A stretch of 64,000 bases of DNA from Octopus sinensis (GCF_006345805.1 NC_043012.1:4650001-4714000), one strand, 5' to 3'; counted from the first letter of the stretch, positions 12,864 through 25,737 are shown. The notes: a model not told the origin generated them from the letters alone. Numbers and translations: made by a program.

Positions 12864-12967
12864 TTCTTGGCTATAGCGGTACGTATTCTAAAATTGGAAC
12901 GATATAGAGATTAGCACGGCCCCTCCGCAAGGATGACACGCAAATTCCTGAAGCGTTCCATATTTTT
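12864..12967 (+). pseudogene. U6: U6 snRNA pseudogene
   Basis: CTAAAATTGGAACGATATAGAGATTAGCACGGCCCCTCCGCAAGGATGACACGCAAATTCCTGAAGCGTTCCATATTTTT matches the conserved U6 sequence; the ACAGAGA box is mutated and the 5' stem-loop is degenerate. Confidence 0.92.
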
Positions 12968-12970
12968 CTA

Positions 12971-13420
12971 GTAGGCGTAGGAGTTTCTGTGTGGTAAGTA
13001 TCTTGCTTACGAACCATATGGTTCCGGGTTCAGTCCCACTGCGTAACTCCATGGGCAAGTGTTTTCTTCTACTATATCCTCGGGCTGACGAAAGCCTTGT
13101 GAGTAGAGGTAGATGGAAACTGAAAGAAGCACATCGTATATATGTATATATATATATATATATTATATATATATATTATTATATATATATATATATGTAT
13201 GTATGTATGTATGATATATTGTGTGTCTGTGTTGTCCCCCCAACATCGCTTGACAACGATGCTGGGTGTTTACGTCCCCGTAACTTAGTGGTTCGATAGA
13301 ATAAGTACTAGACTTACAAAGAATAAGTCCTGGAGTCGATTTACTCGACTAAAGACGATGCCCCAGCATGGCATCAGTCAAATGACTAAAACAACTAAAA
13401 GAGTAAAGAGTAAAGAGTAA
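12971..13420 (+). mobile_element. SINE family B (head, internal TA tract, tail with (AAGAGTA)n)
   Basis: ggcgtaggag...ggttccgggttcagtcccactgcg head; similar copies at 17310-17710, 18110-18540, 50190-50545, 56410-56570, 56960-57120 and 60345-60465. Confidence 0.9.
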
Positions 13421-13439
13421 AATCTGCAAACACGAATAC

Positions 13440-14275
13440 AAATAATAATTCTAAAACTACATTGTGGTATATAATCCCATTTGGGAAGAAGATAATTTCC
13501 AGCCTCCCTAAATTGTTCTACGGCGAAAGGAAACTAGGATTTTCTAATCGCCGTAACGTGGCACAAATGATAGCCGCTCATAACACAAGTAAATTCCGTA
13601 CCTCCTAGGAAGAGCTTCGTTATCAGAATACAAATAATAGAGTAACAGTAAATAACAATAGTATTAACATAGATGATGATACCATAATTGAAGGCACTAA
13701 GCCGGAGATGATTGGTAGCAATAGGACTGACAATCAAAGCGAAGCAACCCTAACAATCTCCCTCACAAGCATTGAAAAGGAAGGCCGGACTACTTGAAAG
13801 AGCAGTACTGAAACTATCGTCAATAGGGCCAATAGAAATAATATGGAAATCAGGACAAAAGTTTTAGAACAGATCCCTAGAGAAGTAAACGACGTAATAA
13901 GTAATAGAAATAGACAAATTACTTTGTGCAACTGGACAAGAAATAAATTCTGTCCGGTAAATTCTAAATGTAAACTCAGGAACGTTGTCTACAGATGTAA
14001 AGTAACATCTTTATTCCACATGCCTCTTTCCTTCTTTTTTCCTCTCTCCACCATGCATTTACCATTCCTTCAGTGTTCTGCTTTATTATAATTAAAAATG
14101 GCTCTGACGAAAGTACCATTAATGTCTCAGAACGTTCAATTTTTCTCAACTGATCAATAGTTCGATTGAGTAAAGCTGCCAGTAACGTACCCAAAATGAT
14201 TACTGGAAACAGCTGTAAGCCAACTGTTACTGTAATAAAGGAAAAATAGGTATTGATCATTATTTATACCTTGCT
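13440..14275 (+). mobile_element. Penelope-like fragment with downstream pLTR
   Basis: IIPFGKKII...LGFSNRRNVAQMIAAHN and LCNWTRNKFCPVNSKCKLRNVVYRCKV (Cys-rich linker preceding GIY-YIG); a hammerhead follows. Confidence 0.75.
14099..14222 (+). ncRNA. Hammerhead motif with about 95-nt stem/loop II insert
   Basis: TGGCT CTGACGA ... TACTG GAAA CAGCTG TA AGCCA: 5-bp stem I, canonical core, palindromic stem III. Confidence 0.7.
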
Positions 14276-14371
14276 TGTCTTATGTATATATATATATATA
14301 TATGACCTCGTGTGTACCGTTGGCATTTTTTTCCCTCTGTCTTCCTTTCTCTGGATCTTTCCTTCTCCTAT

Positions 14372-14406
14372 GTTTCCGACGAAGAGCTCCGCTCGAAACG
14401 TTAAAC
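14372..14406 (+). ncRNA. Minimal hammerhead motif in a 200-bp non-coding repeat (14305-14500)
   Basis: GTTT CCGACGA A GAGC TCC GCTC GAAA CG TT AAAC. Confidence 0.75.
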
Positions 14407-15799
14407 CCTCCTTCTTTCCTCCTTCCTGAGCGTCCAATAATGCTATATTTGTTCCACGTCCTCGCGTTGTGTGTTTTTTGTGCTTTCTTGTTTGGATTAA
14501 CTATATATATATATAATATATATATATATATATAGATATATATATATATAATATATATATATACATATATATAATTATGGTGTGTGTGTGTGTGTGTGTT
14601 GTGTGTGTGTATGTGTGTGCGTGTATATGTCTCTGTTTTGTGTTCATTCCTTCACCACCGCTTGAAAAACCGGCGTTGGTGTGTTTACACCCCCGTAACG
14701 TAGCTGTTCAGCAAATGAAGCCGATAGGCTAAGTAGTAGGCTTTAAAAAAAATAATCTCTGGGACTGATTTGTTCGACTAAAAGCCTTCAAGGTGGCACC
14801 TCAACATGGTCGCAGTCAAATGACTGAAACAAGTAAAAGATAAACGACATGTGTGTGTGTGTGTGTCTGTGACTCTGTGTGTGTGTCTGTAACATATATT
14901 TGCAACTGAATGTCACTAGTCATGTTTTGTGGTCCCGCTTTATCAAGCGACGATGATATCCAACTGCTGATTTCTATTTATAACATATCTTCATTATCTA
15001 AAAGGCTGGTCTACGAAAAAAATCACATCCTCCTACCTAATAAACAGACAATAGTTCTGATTTGAAATGAAAATTAAGAAATAAATGAATATATTTGTGA
15101 TAAGGTCATAAACATAATCATGAAGAAACGGATGTAAAAAGGAGCATATAATGAATAACTAACAGGTACTCTTAGTTATCAGAAGTGCGGGGCTTGAAAG
15201 AATGATGACGTAAGAGAAGCCATTTTAAGGAATAGGTATGGTGAAAGTGTTCTATATTTATGACAGAGAAACGTGACACAGAAGGAAAGGTAAGTTTGGT
15301 GAATTTCTGGGCAATGGGGACTGGAGAAAATACCTTTAGGTTTGATAAAGATTAGTTGTATTCTGTAGGGACCCATTAATTAAAGGATGTTCATTGTCGC
15401 ATAATTAGAAGTGAATAGGGATTAGGTTAAATGCAGCCATACAGAACTAGTGAACGATTAGACGCGTTTATGCGTTCATATATATGTATATATGCACGCA
15501 AATACATATATACTTACATATGCTTAGACTCACGCAAACACACACGCGAGAACATTTGCATTACACACACACATGTACATACGCATACATCTGACTTTAT
15601 AAATGTATGTATGTATGTATGTATGTATGTATGTATTGTATGTATGTATGTATGTATGTATGTATGTATGTATGTACGTATGTGTGTATGTATGTATAGC
15701 TAATCCAAACATGAAAACACCAAGAGAAAACACAACAACGCGCGGACGTGGAACAAATATAGTATTATTGGACGCTCAGGAAGGAAGGGAAGAAGGAGG

Positions 15800-15834
15800 G
15801 TTTTACGTTTCGAGCGGAGCGCTTCGTCAGAAAC
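15800..15834 (-). ncRNA. Minimal hammerhead motif (canonical core), same repeat family (15700-15850)
   Basis: Minus strand: GTTT CTGACGA A GCGC TCC GCTC GAAA CG TA AAAC. Confidence 0.75.
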
Positions 15835-16270
15835 ATAGGAAAAGGAAATATATATATAGATGCGCAATGGCACACGTATATTTCATATGTAATATATATA
15901 TTATATATATATATATAATATATATATATATAGATCTATATATATATTATATATAATATATATATATTTATTTATATAAATATTATATATGTATATATGT
16001 AAGTACATATGTATAATATATATGTATATATATATTATACTATACGGTTGTTCCTATATATATATATATACATATATATATATAATTTTTAAATATATAC
16101 ATATATGTATATTATGTATATATATATATATATATATAATATATATAATATATATATATACATAGTATATAGTATATGTATATATATAACTATATTAGAA
16201 AATTTAGAATGCATACATAACACACTGCAAACATATATATATATATTATATATATATACTATTATATATT

Positions 16271-16301
<31 letters not shown>

Positions 16302-16400
16302 TAATCCAAAACAAGAAACAAAAACAAAAAAACACAACAACGCAAGGACGTGGAACAAATATAGTATTATTGGACGCTCAGGAAAGAAGGGAAGAAGGAG

Positions 16401-16435
16401 GTTTAACATTTCGAGTGGAGCTCTTCGTCGGAAAC
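16401..16435 (-). ncRNA. Minimal hammerhead motif, same family (16300-16520)
   Basis: Minus strand: GTTT CCGACGA A GAGC TCC ACTC GAAA TG TT AAAC. Confidence 0.65.
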
Positions 16436-16522
16436 ATAGGAGAAGAAAGATCCCGAGAAGGGAAGACAGAGAAAAAAAATCGCCAGTGGTACAGACGAGG
16501 TCACATACTGAAGGCCATAGTG

Positions 16523-16558
<36 letters not shown>

Positions 16559-16681
16559 TATATACACTATACTGCGTATACAAGAGAAAGAATACACAAC
16601 CAGAATAGTGTAGAGAATGGAATAATGCATTTATACAATGGCGCGCGTGAAGTAGATAAATAAATAGACAGATAGACAGAC

Positions 16682-16735
<54 letters not shown>

Positions 16736-16770
16736 GTAGATAGATGGAGAGAGAGAGAGAGAGAGAGAAG

Positions 16771-16819
<49 letters not shown>

Positions 16820-17119
16820 AGAATGATGTGTGGGAGGTAGAGACATTTGTAGTAGAATTCGATGAGCCTTATTTATCAAGATTCAGAAATTATATCGGAG
16901 CTTAGTGTGCCAGAGGATTCGCTCTTAGGAAACATTTCAAGTATTTTAGCTTAAGGATATGATAAACTTCGTTCCGGATGCGACGTATAAAAGAACAATG
17001 TAGGCGTAACCCGAAAACAAATTTCGGTTATGTATACAACACGTATATTTTAAGATAATACACGTACTTTTATACATATGGACACAGATCCGTTTACATA
17101 ACACGCAAACACGCAAACA

Positions 17120-17155
<36 letters not shown>

Positions 17156-18003
17156 TATGTACATATAATACTGCTCTGTTCTCTTCTCTCACACAGTTTC
17201 TCTTTCTCTCTCACTCTCCTTCAATGTACATATATATATATAATATATATATATATTATATATATAGAAGAAACAGCTTTATACACACACACACACACAC
17301 ACACATATTCTTTTATTCTTTTTATTGTTTCAATCATGTGACTGCAGCCATGCTGGAGTACCGCCTTTAGTCGAACAAATCGACCCATGAACTTATTTTT
17401 CGTAATTTGGAACCTGTTCTATCGGTCTCTTACGCGGAACTGCTAAATTACGGGGACGTAAATACATCGACATCGTTTTTCAAATGATGGTGGAGGGACA
17501 AACACAGACACATACAAATATATATACAAACGTATATATATATATATATATATACACGACAGGCTTCCTTCAGTTTCCGTCTACTAAATCCACTCACAAC
17601 GTTTTGGTTGGCCCGAGGCTACAGGAGAAGACACCTGCCCAAGGTGCCACGCAGTGAGACTGAACCTGGAACCATGTGGTTGGGAAGCAAGCTGCTTACT
17701 ACACAGCCACATACACACACATATATATATATATTATAAAAATATGCTATAGGACACACCGTAAAATAAAATGAAATAAATTTTAAGGTGGTACCAGTCA
17801 CCACGTTCTCTGACATTATATCTATCGATCTATCTATCAATCTATCTATCTATCAAGCTTTCTAATCATGCATACATACATGCATACATACACGTATACA
17901 TACATATATACAAACATATATACTTATACACACACACACATATATATTATATATATACACATACATACATACAATACATACACATATACATACATATATA
18001 TAT

Positions 18004-18045
<42 letters not shown>

Positions 18046-18109
18046 TAATATATATATAATATATATATATATATTATATATATATATATATACACACATA
18101 TATATATAA

Positions 18110-18344
18110 CTTTTATTCTTTTATTTGTTTCACTTCTTTGACAGTTGCCATGCTGAAGCACCACCTATACTCGAGAAAATCGACCCTAGGACTTATTCTT
18201 CGTAAGCATAGAACTTATTCTATCGGTTCTCTTGCCGAACCGCAAAGTTACGGGGACGTAAACACACCAGCATCGGTTGTCAAGCGATGTTGGGGGGACA
18301 AACACAGACACACAAACATATACATACATACATACCTCTCTCTC

Positions 18345-18379
<35 letters not shown>

Positions 18380-18540
18380 ACGGGTTTCTTTCAGTTTCCG
18401 GCTACCAAATCCACTCATAAGGCTTTGGTCGGCCCGAGGCTATAGTAGAAGACACTTGCCCAAGGTGTCACGCAGTGGGACTGAACCCGGAACCATATGG
18501 TTGGTAAGCAAGCTACTTACCACACAGTCACTCCTGCGCC
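18110..18540 (-). mobile_element. SINE family B, near full length
   Basis: Matches the 12971-13420 copy in reverse orientation. Confidence 0.9.
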
Positions 18541-18645
18541 ATATATATATGGTCAATTCAAATAAACAAACAATTAAAAAACAAAGAAGAAAAAGCGAAA
18601 CGAATATATTATTATGATGCTCGGTCTGTGAAGGGAGAGAGTTGT

Positions 18646-18680
18646 AGTTAACATTTCGAACATTGCTCTTCGTCGGAAAC
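18646..18680 (-). ncRNA. Minimal hammerhead motif, diverged member of the same family
   Basis: Minus strand: GTTT CCGACGA A GAGC AAT GTTC GAAA TG TT AACT. Confidence 0.6.
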
Positions 18681-18794
18681 AGGAAAGTCCAAATTCTACG
18701 CCATAGACATGACACTAAAGCCTGCAAGATCCTGTTATTATCTGGAAATATCTGAAGAAGCAGTGATATCAATAGGCTTTATCTATGAAGAGAT

Positions 18795-19130
18795 TAAGGC
18801 AGTAGAAGACTGAAATCAGTGCAGACAGCCTTCGAATATCGCATAGTGTCTCTCAGACAGTAGCTACTAAACAACAGCGTCAGAAATAAATATATGAACC
18901 TGGTGTTTAAAGAGAATATAATTGCATCCTACGTGTCAGCAGTGAGCTCCTCATGAAGAACTCTCTTCCTGATGATCTACCGTGGAATCCCAAAACAGAT
19001 GGGGATGTGAAACACTCAACGTACACAAAAAAAATCTATGTATGGCTATGTTGTCCGAAGACTTGAAGATGACAGAAGTATAGACATGATGCGCAGCTTC
19101 GCTTGGACTCGTGAACGTTACATCGCATCA
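18795..19130. repeat. Unclassified 300-bp dispersed repeat, second copy at 20765-21070
   Basis: Shared taaggcagtagaagactgaaat...cagcgtcagaaataaatatatgaacc...tatggctatgttgtccgaagacttgaagatg. Confidence 0.8.
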
Positions 19131-19154
19131 CACTTCGAAGGCTATGCATTTTCT

Positions 19155-19573
19155 TATTTCTTTATTGGCCACAAGGAGCTAAACATAGAGGGTATTAAAA
19201 AGGACATACAAACGGATTAAGTCGATTAGATCGACCCCAGTGGGTAAATGGTTCTTAATTTTATCGACCCCGAAAGGATGAAAGGCAAAGTAGACTTCGG
19301 CGGAATTTGGACTCAGAACGTAACGGCAGACGAAATACCTATTTCTTTACTGCCCACAAGGGGCTAAACACAGAGAGGACAAACAAGGACAGACAAACGG
19401 ATTAAGTCGATTATATCGACCCCAGTGCGTAACTGGTACTTAATTTTATCGACCCCGAAAGGGTGAAAGGCAAAGTCGACTTCGGCGAATTTGAACTCAG
19501 AACGTAACGGCAGACAAAATACCGCTAGGCATTTCGCCCGGCATGCTAACGTTTCTGCCAGCTCACCGCCTTA
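19155..19573 (-). mobile_element. SINE family A, two body units, with target-site duplication
   Basis: aaggYtatgcattttct flanks both ends (about 19138 and 19576). Confidence 0.9.
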
Positions 19574-19779
19574 AAAGGTTATGCATTTTCTATCCAAGAA
19601 CAGGAGATTGAAATAAAGTACCGATTAAGTAAATGAGGTAGCAAAATCCGAAACTATATATTATGTCACATTTCTGTGGAAGATATCACGCATGTAATCA
19701 GTAGCTGCCCCAGAAGATTATCAACGCACTTCCTCCTTATGTGACACGACGTTGTCGCTAAAACAATATACAGTATACA

Positions 19780-20176
19780 AAGGCAGAGCTGGCAGAAACG
19801 TTAGCACGCCGGGCGAAATGCTTAGCGGTATTTCGTCTGCCGTTACGTTCTGAGTTCAAATTTCGCCGAGGTCGACTTTGCCTTTCATCATTTCGAGGTC
19901 GATTAAATAAGTACCAGTTACGCACTGGGGTCGATGTAATCGACTGAATCCGTTTGTCTGTCCTTGTTTGTCCTCTCTGTGTTTGGCCCCTTGTGGATAG
20001 TAAAGAAATAAGTATTTCGTCTGTCGCTACGTTTTGAGTTAAAATTCCTCCGAGGTCAACTTTGCCTTTCATCCTTTCGGGGTCGATAAATTAAGTACTA
20101 GTTCCATACTGGGGTCGATATAATCGACTGGCCTCCCCCTCCCCCAAAATTTAGAGCCTTGTACCTAGAGTAGAAA
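19780..20176 (+). mobile_element. SINE family A, two body units
   Basis: Head aggcagagctggcagaaacgttagcacgccgggcg; tail cctagagtagaaa. Confidence 0.9.
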
Positions 20177-21289
20177 CGACTATACAATGGGAAAGAAAAG
20201 GGCTGTCCTGGAATAGCTATGAGGACACCACTGATATTAAACAACAGCACATTTAATACTGGCGGAACATTCTCTTCAAAGCTTCTATCACATGTTAGCA
20301 TAACAGGCTGGGTATATATCATCATAGAGGTCAGCTGTTCTGCTCATGTGAATATCTTCTCGAAAATCAAAGAGAAAGGTGAAAACTGAACAACTGCTTC
20401 TAAACCTCCATTTTCTAAACCCGAATTATAAATTCACATTAATACCAATAATAATCGGTGCTCGTTGTTATGAAAGTAGATGCCTAATGACAATTTGTAA
20501 AAGCTTAGGTTTTCAGAGAAACTAATGCATACATTATAAATACAATCCTTAAGTGGAACATTAAAAACATGAAAGATTTTTCTTAAGTTCAAAATATGAC
20601 ACAGTTTTCGTTGTTTACCAAAGGCGGTGCTCCAGTAAAAGAAAAGAAAAAGAATAAAAATACATACACACACATACATATATACATACATATGTCCGTA
20701 GATATCTATATACATGCATGCATACATACATATACAAGTAAAAGTATCTACATTCATACACAGTAAGGCAGTAGAAGACTGAAATATAGTCTCTCTCAGG
20801 AGTAGCTACTAAACGACAGCGTCAGAAATAAATATATGAACCGCGTGCTAAAAGAGAATATAACAATATCCTACGTTTCAGCAGTGAGCTCCTCAGGAAA
20901 AACTCTCTTCGTGAGTCGAAGAAGATGGGGATGTGAAACACTCAACATACGCAAAAAAAATCAATGTATGGCTATGTTGTCCGAAGACTTGAAGATGCCA
21001 TGTTGCGCAGTCTCTTGATATGTGTCGACATGTTGTGCAACCTCTCTTGGACTCGCGACCGTTACATCACATATATATGTATATTTGTTAACGTTTGCGT
21101 TCGTCTGTGTGAGTACGAGCGTGTATACACACGCATACGTATTTCATGAATATTTTTATATATATCAATGTACATGGAATAGTAGAGACATACATACATA
21201 AATACATACACATACACACGCGCACACACATAGACATAAACACACGTACACATAGACACAATCACACACATATTTATACTCATGTTTAT

Positions 21290-21590
21290 GTTTGTTCCTT
21301 CTCGAGCTATGCCTCGCTCATAAGGGCCGGTTTCCCGGTTTCCTTGGCGTATAGGTTCCCCACCTGGACGGGACGCCGATCCGTCGCAGGTGAGCAGCAA
21401 GATGCAGGAGGAAAGAGTGAGAGAAAGTTGTGGCAAAAGAGTCAGCAGAATTTCACTATTACCTTCTGCCGGAGCCGCGTGGAGCTTAGGTGTTTCGCTC
21501 ATAAACACACACATCGCCGGTTTGGGATTCGAACCCACGATCCCTCGACCGTGAGTCTGCTGCTGTAACCAGTAGGCCATGTGCCTCCAC
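21290..21590 (-). mobile_element. tRNA-derived SINE (family C variant, different tail)
   Basis: Minus-strand head tggaggcacatggcctactggttacag...ggttcgaatccc. Confidence 0.85.
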
Positions 21591-21628
21591 CATGTATATG
21601 TACATATGAATAAATATGTTCGTATATA

Positions 21629-22403
21629 TGAGGTGTTTTGAGACCTTCTTTTTCAGGAGAACCAGTTATAACTGTCCTAGATTATTTTAAGTTTAGTCTA
21701 TCAGGACTATACATCCAATAATCTGACCTACCAACTTTTGTTATTCGAGATTGAAAGAGACGGCTAATCAGCTGTGACACATTGTTGTCACAGCTGATTA
21801 GTTTGCTGAATACAGTCGGGACGTGAAGAAAATTTGGAAGCTAGCGATGCAATAAAGTTTTGTATTAAACTGGACAAAAACACTATAAAATATTATGAAA
21901 TGCTCCGGCCTGCTTACGTATGAGCCGAGCGTCTGTTTTTCACAGGTACAAGTGTCAGGCAATGTGAATCCACTGGGTAGCTTGTGATGATCAAAGGTAT
22001 CATCTACATCTAATGGATTCCCTCTGGCCAGGCAGTCTACAAAATACTTTGTGGAGGCTTTGAAGCTGTTCAGGAAGAGATTTCGTCGCAAAAAGACCTG
22101 AGCATCTGAACCAGAACAGTGAATCGGTTGGCAGTTCCATCCTACTTGAGAAAGATGGGCACCAAAACTGTCACTCACCCTTCCTACTGTTCAGACCTTG
22201 CCCCTTATCACTTTTGTTTGTCCCCCCAAAATAAGGAGAAGATGAAGGCGGTTGTGACAAATATCCTGGACACCTTTACTTTGAAAAACTTCCATGGGCC
22301 CTTCACAAAATGGATGGAGTAAGTGCATTAAATTCAGAGGATCCTAGGTTTCATAAATGTCTCTCTTAAAATAACATCAAAACTTTCTGGAATGCACCTT
22401 GCA
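21629..22403 (+). mobile_element. Decayed mariner transposon
   Basis: AIKFCIKLDKNT (HTH) and HPSYCSDLAPYHFCL (YSPDLAP motif) remnants; gaggtg...cacct ends. Confidence 0.8.
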
Positions 22404-23818
22404 TATGTATGTACGTACGTTATGTATGTATGTATGTATGTATGTTTGTATGTATGTATGTATGTATGTATGAATGTATGTATGTATGTTTGTATGTATG
22501 CATGCATGTATGTATGTATGTATGAATGTATGTATGTATGTATGTATGTATGTATGTATGTATGTATGTATGTATCTATGTGTGTGTATGTATGTATGTA
22601 TGTTATTATACAGTATATTTCAAGATTTCATGCCAATAGAGAAAGAACCGGTTTCTACCCCAGATCCAAGGTTCCTTCACAGGAATTTTAACGTCAACTA
22701 CAGGGTATTTTTGTTTCTATGTATGTATGTATGTATGTATGTATGTATGTATGTATGTATATATGTATGTATGCTTGTGTATGTATGTATGTATGTATAT
22801 ATGTATGTATGCTTGTGTATGTATGTATGTATGTATATATGTATGTATGCTTGTGTATGTATGTATGTATGTATATATGTAAGTATGTATGTATATATGT
22901 ATGTAATTATGTATATATGTATATATGTACGTATGTATATATGTATGCATGTATGTATATATGTATGTAATTATGTATATATGTATGTACGTGTGCTTGT
23001 GTATGTATGCATACATGTATATATATATATGTATGTAAGTATGTATATATGTAAGTATGCATATATGTATGTATGAATGTGCAGATTTGTATGTTTTTGT
23101 ATGTTTCTAGACATGCTCATATATATTTAAATGATAAATTTCTTGAACGTTTTACAGATTTTTACAGTTCCAGTGATGGATTGGATCTGTAGTCTTCGAA
23201 TTAGCTTTCTCTTTTCTCGTTTCGAGAAGCTTAATTCTTCAAGATTGGTATTTTTGCAGTGTGTTACATATCTCAGAGCCCCAGTTATTACAGGTATAAA
23301 CCTGTAATCTGGATAAAGTAATCTGGATAAAGATTGTAATCTGGATAAAGTAACTGCAAATTTCTCAATAGTTCATCATAGGTGTTCTCTTTTTCACTGA
23401 TCTTCAGCTGGACAGCTAATTTCCACAACTGTGCACAGTTTCTCTACTCTATCCCAAATCATTATATCAGGTCTGTCGTGCTTACATTTTACTGTGGTCT
23501 TCACTGGTACAATCCACCAGTTTTTCTTACTATTATGAGTGGCTATGGCTTATATATATATATATAGGAGTGGCTATGACTTACACACAAACACACATAT
23601 ATATATATAATAAATTATATTTATATAGTAAAGTTTATTTGCCAACATAACGTGGCAGTCCTTGCTAGGACTATGTTACTACTTTTTAACCCCAGGAAAA
23701 CATCTTTTCCTGGTGGATCTGTGTCCGAGTCATATTCTAAGCGATGGGGCTCACTTTTAGCCGTTGGCTGTACCAGCAGGCCAATGGTTTCTGGGTTATT
23801 TCCCATCCTCGGTACTGG

Positions 23819-23912
<94 letters not shown>

Positions 23913-24079
23913 ATATGTATGTAAGTTTGTAAGTTTGTATATGTGTGGATAAATAGCTATGTACATAAATGCATTTGTCTGTCTGTTTGTGTGTCTGTCT
24001 ATGTCTGTTATGTGTGATTATTTCAATATCTTCGGTGCTCATGTTACCGCATTTATATATATATAGAGAGAGAGAGAGA

Positions 24080-24147
<68 letters not shown>

Positions 24148-24463
24148 AAAGAAAAGAAATGGAGTAACAATTGACAATGAATTTTCTGAAAATATTAAAC
24201 CACGGTTTTACCATTTAAATTACAAACTACTCTAAACCTTATATCTAGGCCTATACATAGTGACGTAATACACAAAGAAGTGCCTACGATACATTTATCG
24301 CTTAGACGGTTGCATAACCCCTAATTCATAATTTATATACATATATATATGTGTGTGTGTATTGCATCTTTCTCATCTCTCTTTCTCTCTCTCTCTCTCT
24401 CTCCTCTTCTCTCCTATATATATATCTATATATATATATTATATATATTATATATATATATAC

Positions 24464-24727
24464 TGTTGTGTCTGGGGAGGGTCATTCTCTTTTTAGTACC
24501 TTATTATTTAACACCTCACCGGTAAAATTTCCACTTATTTCTTATTTTTATTCTCCTAAAATTTTCGTTGCGTCTTGCAACCTTTTCAATAGTCTTGATT
24601 CTTGAAAAGGTTGCAAGACGCAACGAAAATTTTAGGAGAATAAAAATAAGAAATAAGTGGAAATTTTACCGGTGAGTGTGTTAAATAATAAGGTACTAAA
24701 AGAGAATGACTCTCCCCAGACACAACA
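24464..24727. repeat. Near-perfect palindrome with about 126-bp arms carrying hammerhead-like motifs at its centre
   Basis: Arms 24464-24589 and 24602-24727. Minus strand 24592-24556 reads CTA TTGAAAA G GTTGC AAGAC GCAAC GAAA AT TT TAG. Related copies at 38982-39229 and 39978-40100. Confidence 0.85.
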
Positions 24728-24838
24728 AAATATTCTTCAACACACGAACTCATATAAAGAATCTTGCAAACCAAATCTCAAAACGAAATATATATATATA
24801 TGTATGTATATACATGTATATATATTCCCTCTCTCCGC

Positions 24839-24879
<41 letters not shown>

Positions 24880-24890
24880 AAACTATATAC

Positions 24891-24947
<57 letters not shown>

Positions 24948-25174
24948 TATGTAAATTGGTTTCGAAGTTTAAAATTTTGGCACAAGGCCGGCAAGTTCTG
25001 GCGAGTGGGTAAGGCGATTCCTTCCGTCTCAGCACTCAACCGCTACTTCTTTCGCCATCCCCGAAAGTATGGAGGGCAAAATCGATCTCGACGGAATTTG
25101 AACTAAATGCCGCTAAACGTTTGGTCTGGGGCTGTAACAGTTCTGCCAGCTTATACATACATACATACTTACAA

Positions 25175-25214
<40 letters not shown>

Positions 25215-25216
<2 letters not shown>

Positions 25217-25596
25217 TGGCACCCAGTCGGTTACAACGACGAGGGTTGCAGATGATCCAATCAACGGAACAGCCTGCTCGTGAAATTAAGGTGTAGGGTT
25301 CTGACAATTCCACAGACACGTGTACCCTTAACTTAGTTCTCGAGGGAAATTCAGCGTGACACAGAGTGTGACAAGGCTGGCCCTTTGAAATACAGGTACA
25401 ACAGAAACAGGAAGAAAGAGTAAGAAAGAGTTGTGGTGAAAGAGTACAGCAGGGTTTGCCACCACCCCAGCCGGAGCCACGTGGAACTTTAGGTATTTTT
25501 GTTCAATAAACAATCTCAACGGTATGTCTGGGAATTGAAACCGCGATCCTACAATCGCGAATCCGCTGCCCTAAGTAATGGGCCATTGCGCCTCTA
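25215..25596 (-). mobile_element. tRNA-derived SINE (family C, long tail)
   Basis: Head gaggcgcaatggccc; the tail is shared with 39660-39900, 52280-52530 and 58075-58335. Confidence 0.85.
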
Positions 25597-25608
25597 CATA
25601 TGTGTGTC

Positions 25609-25639
<31 letters not shown>

Positions 25640-25737
25640 CTCTGTGTGTGTGTGTGTGTGAGTGTGCGTGTGTGTGTATGTAAACATATATATGTTATTT
25701 AGATATATATGTTATAAATATATATATATATATATAT

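Noticed and set aside
12864-12967. Functional U6 snRNA gene
   Set aside because: The ACAGAGA box is altered with an adjacent deletion, there are several other substitutions, the 5' hairpin is degenerate and no TATA/PSE is evident.
23303-23356. TAATCTGGATAAAG x3 as a binding-site cluster
   Set aside because: It is most simply a local slippage duplication, with no supporting context.
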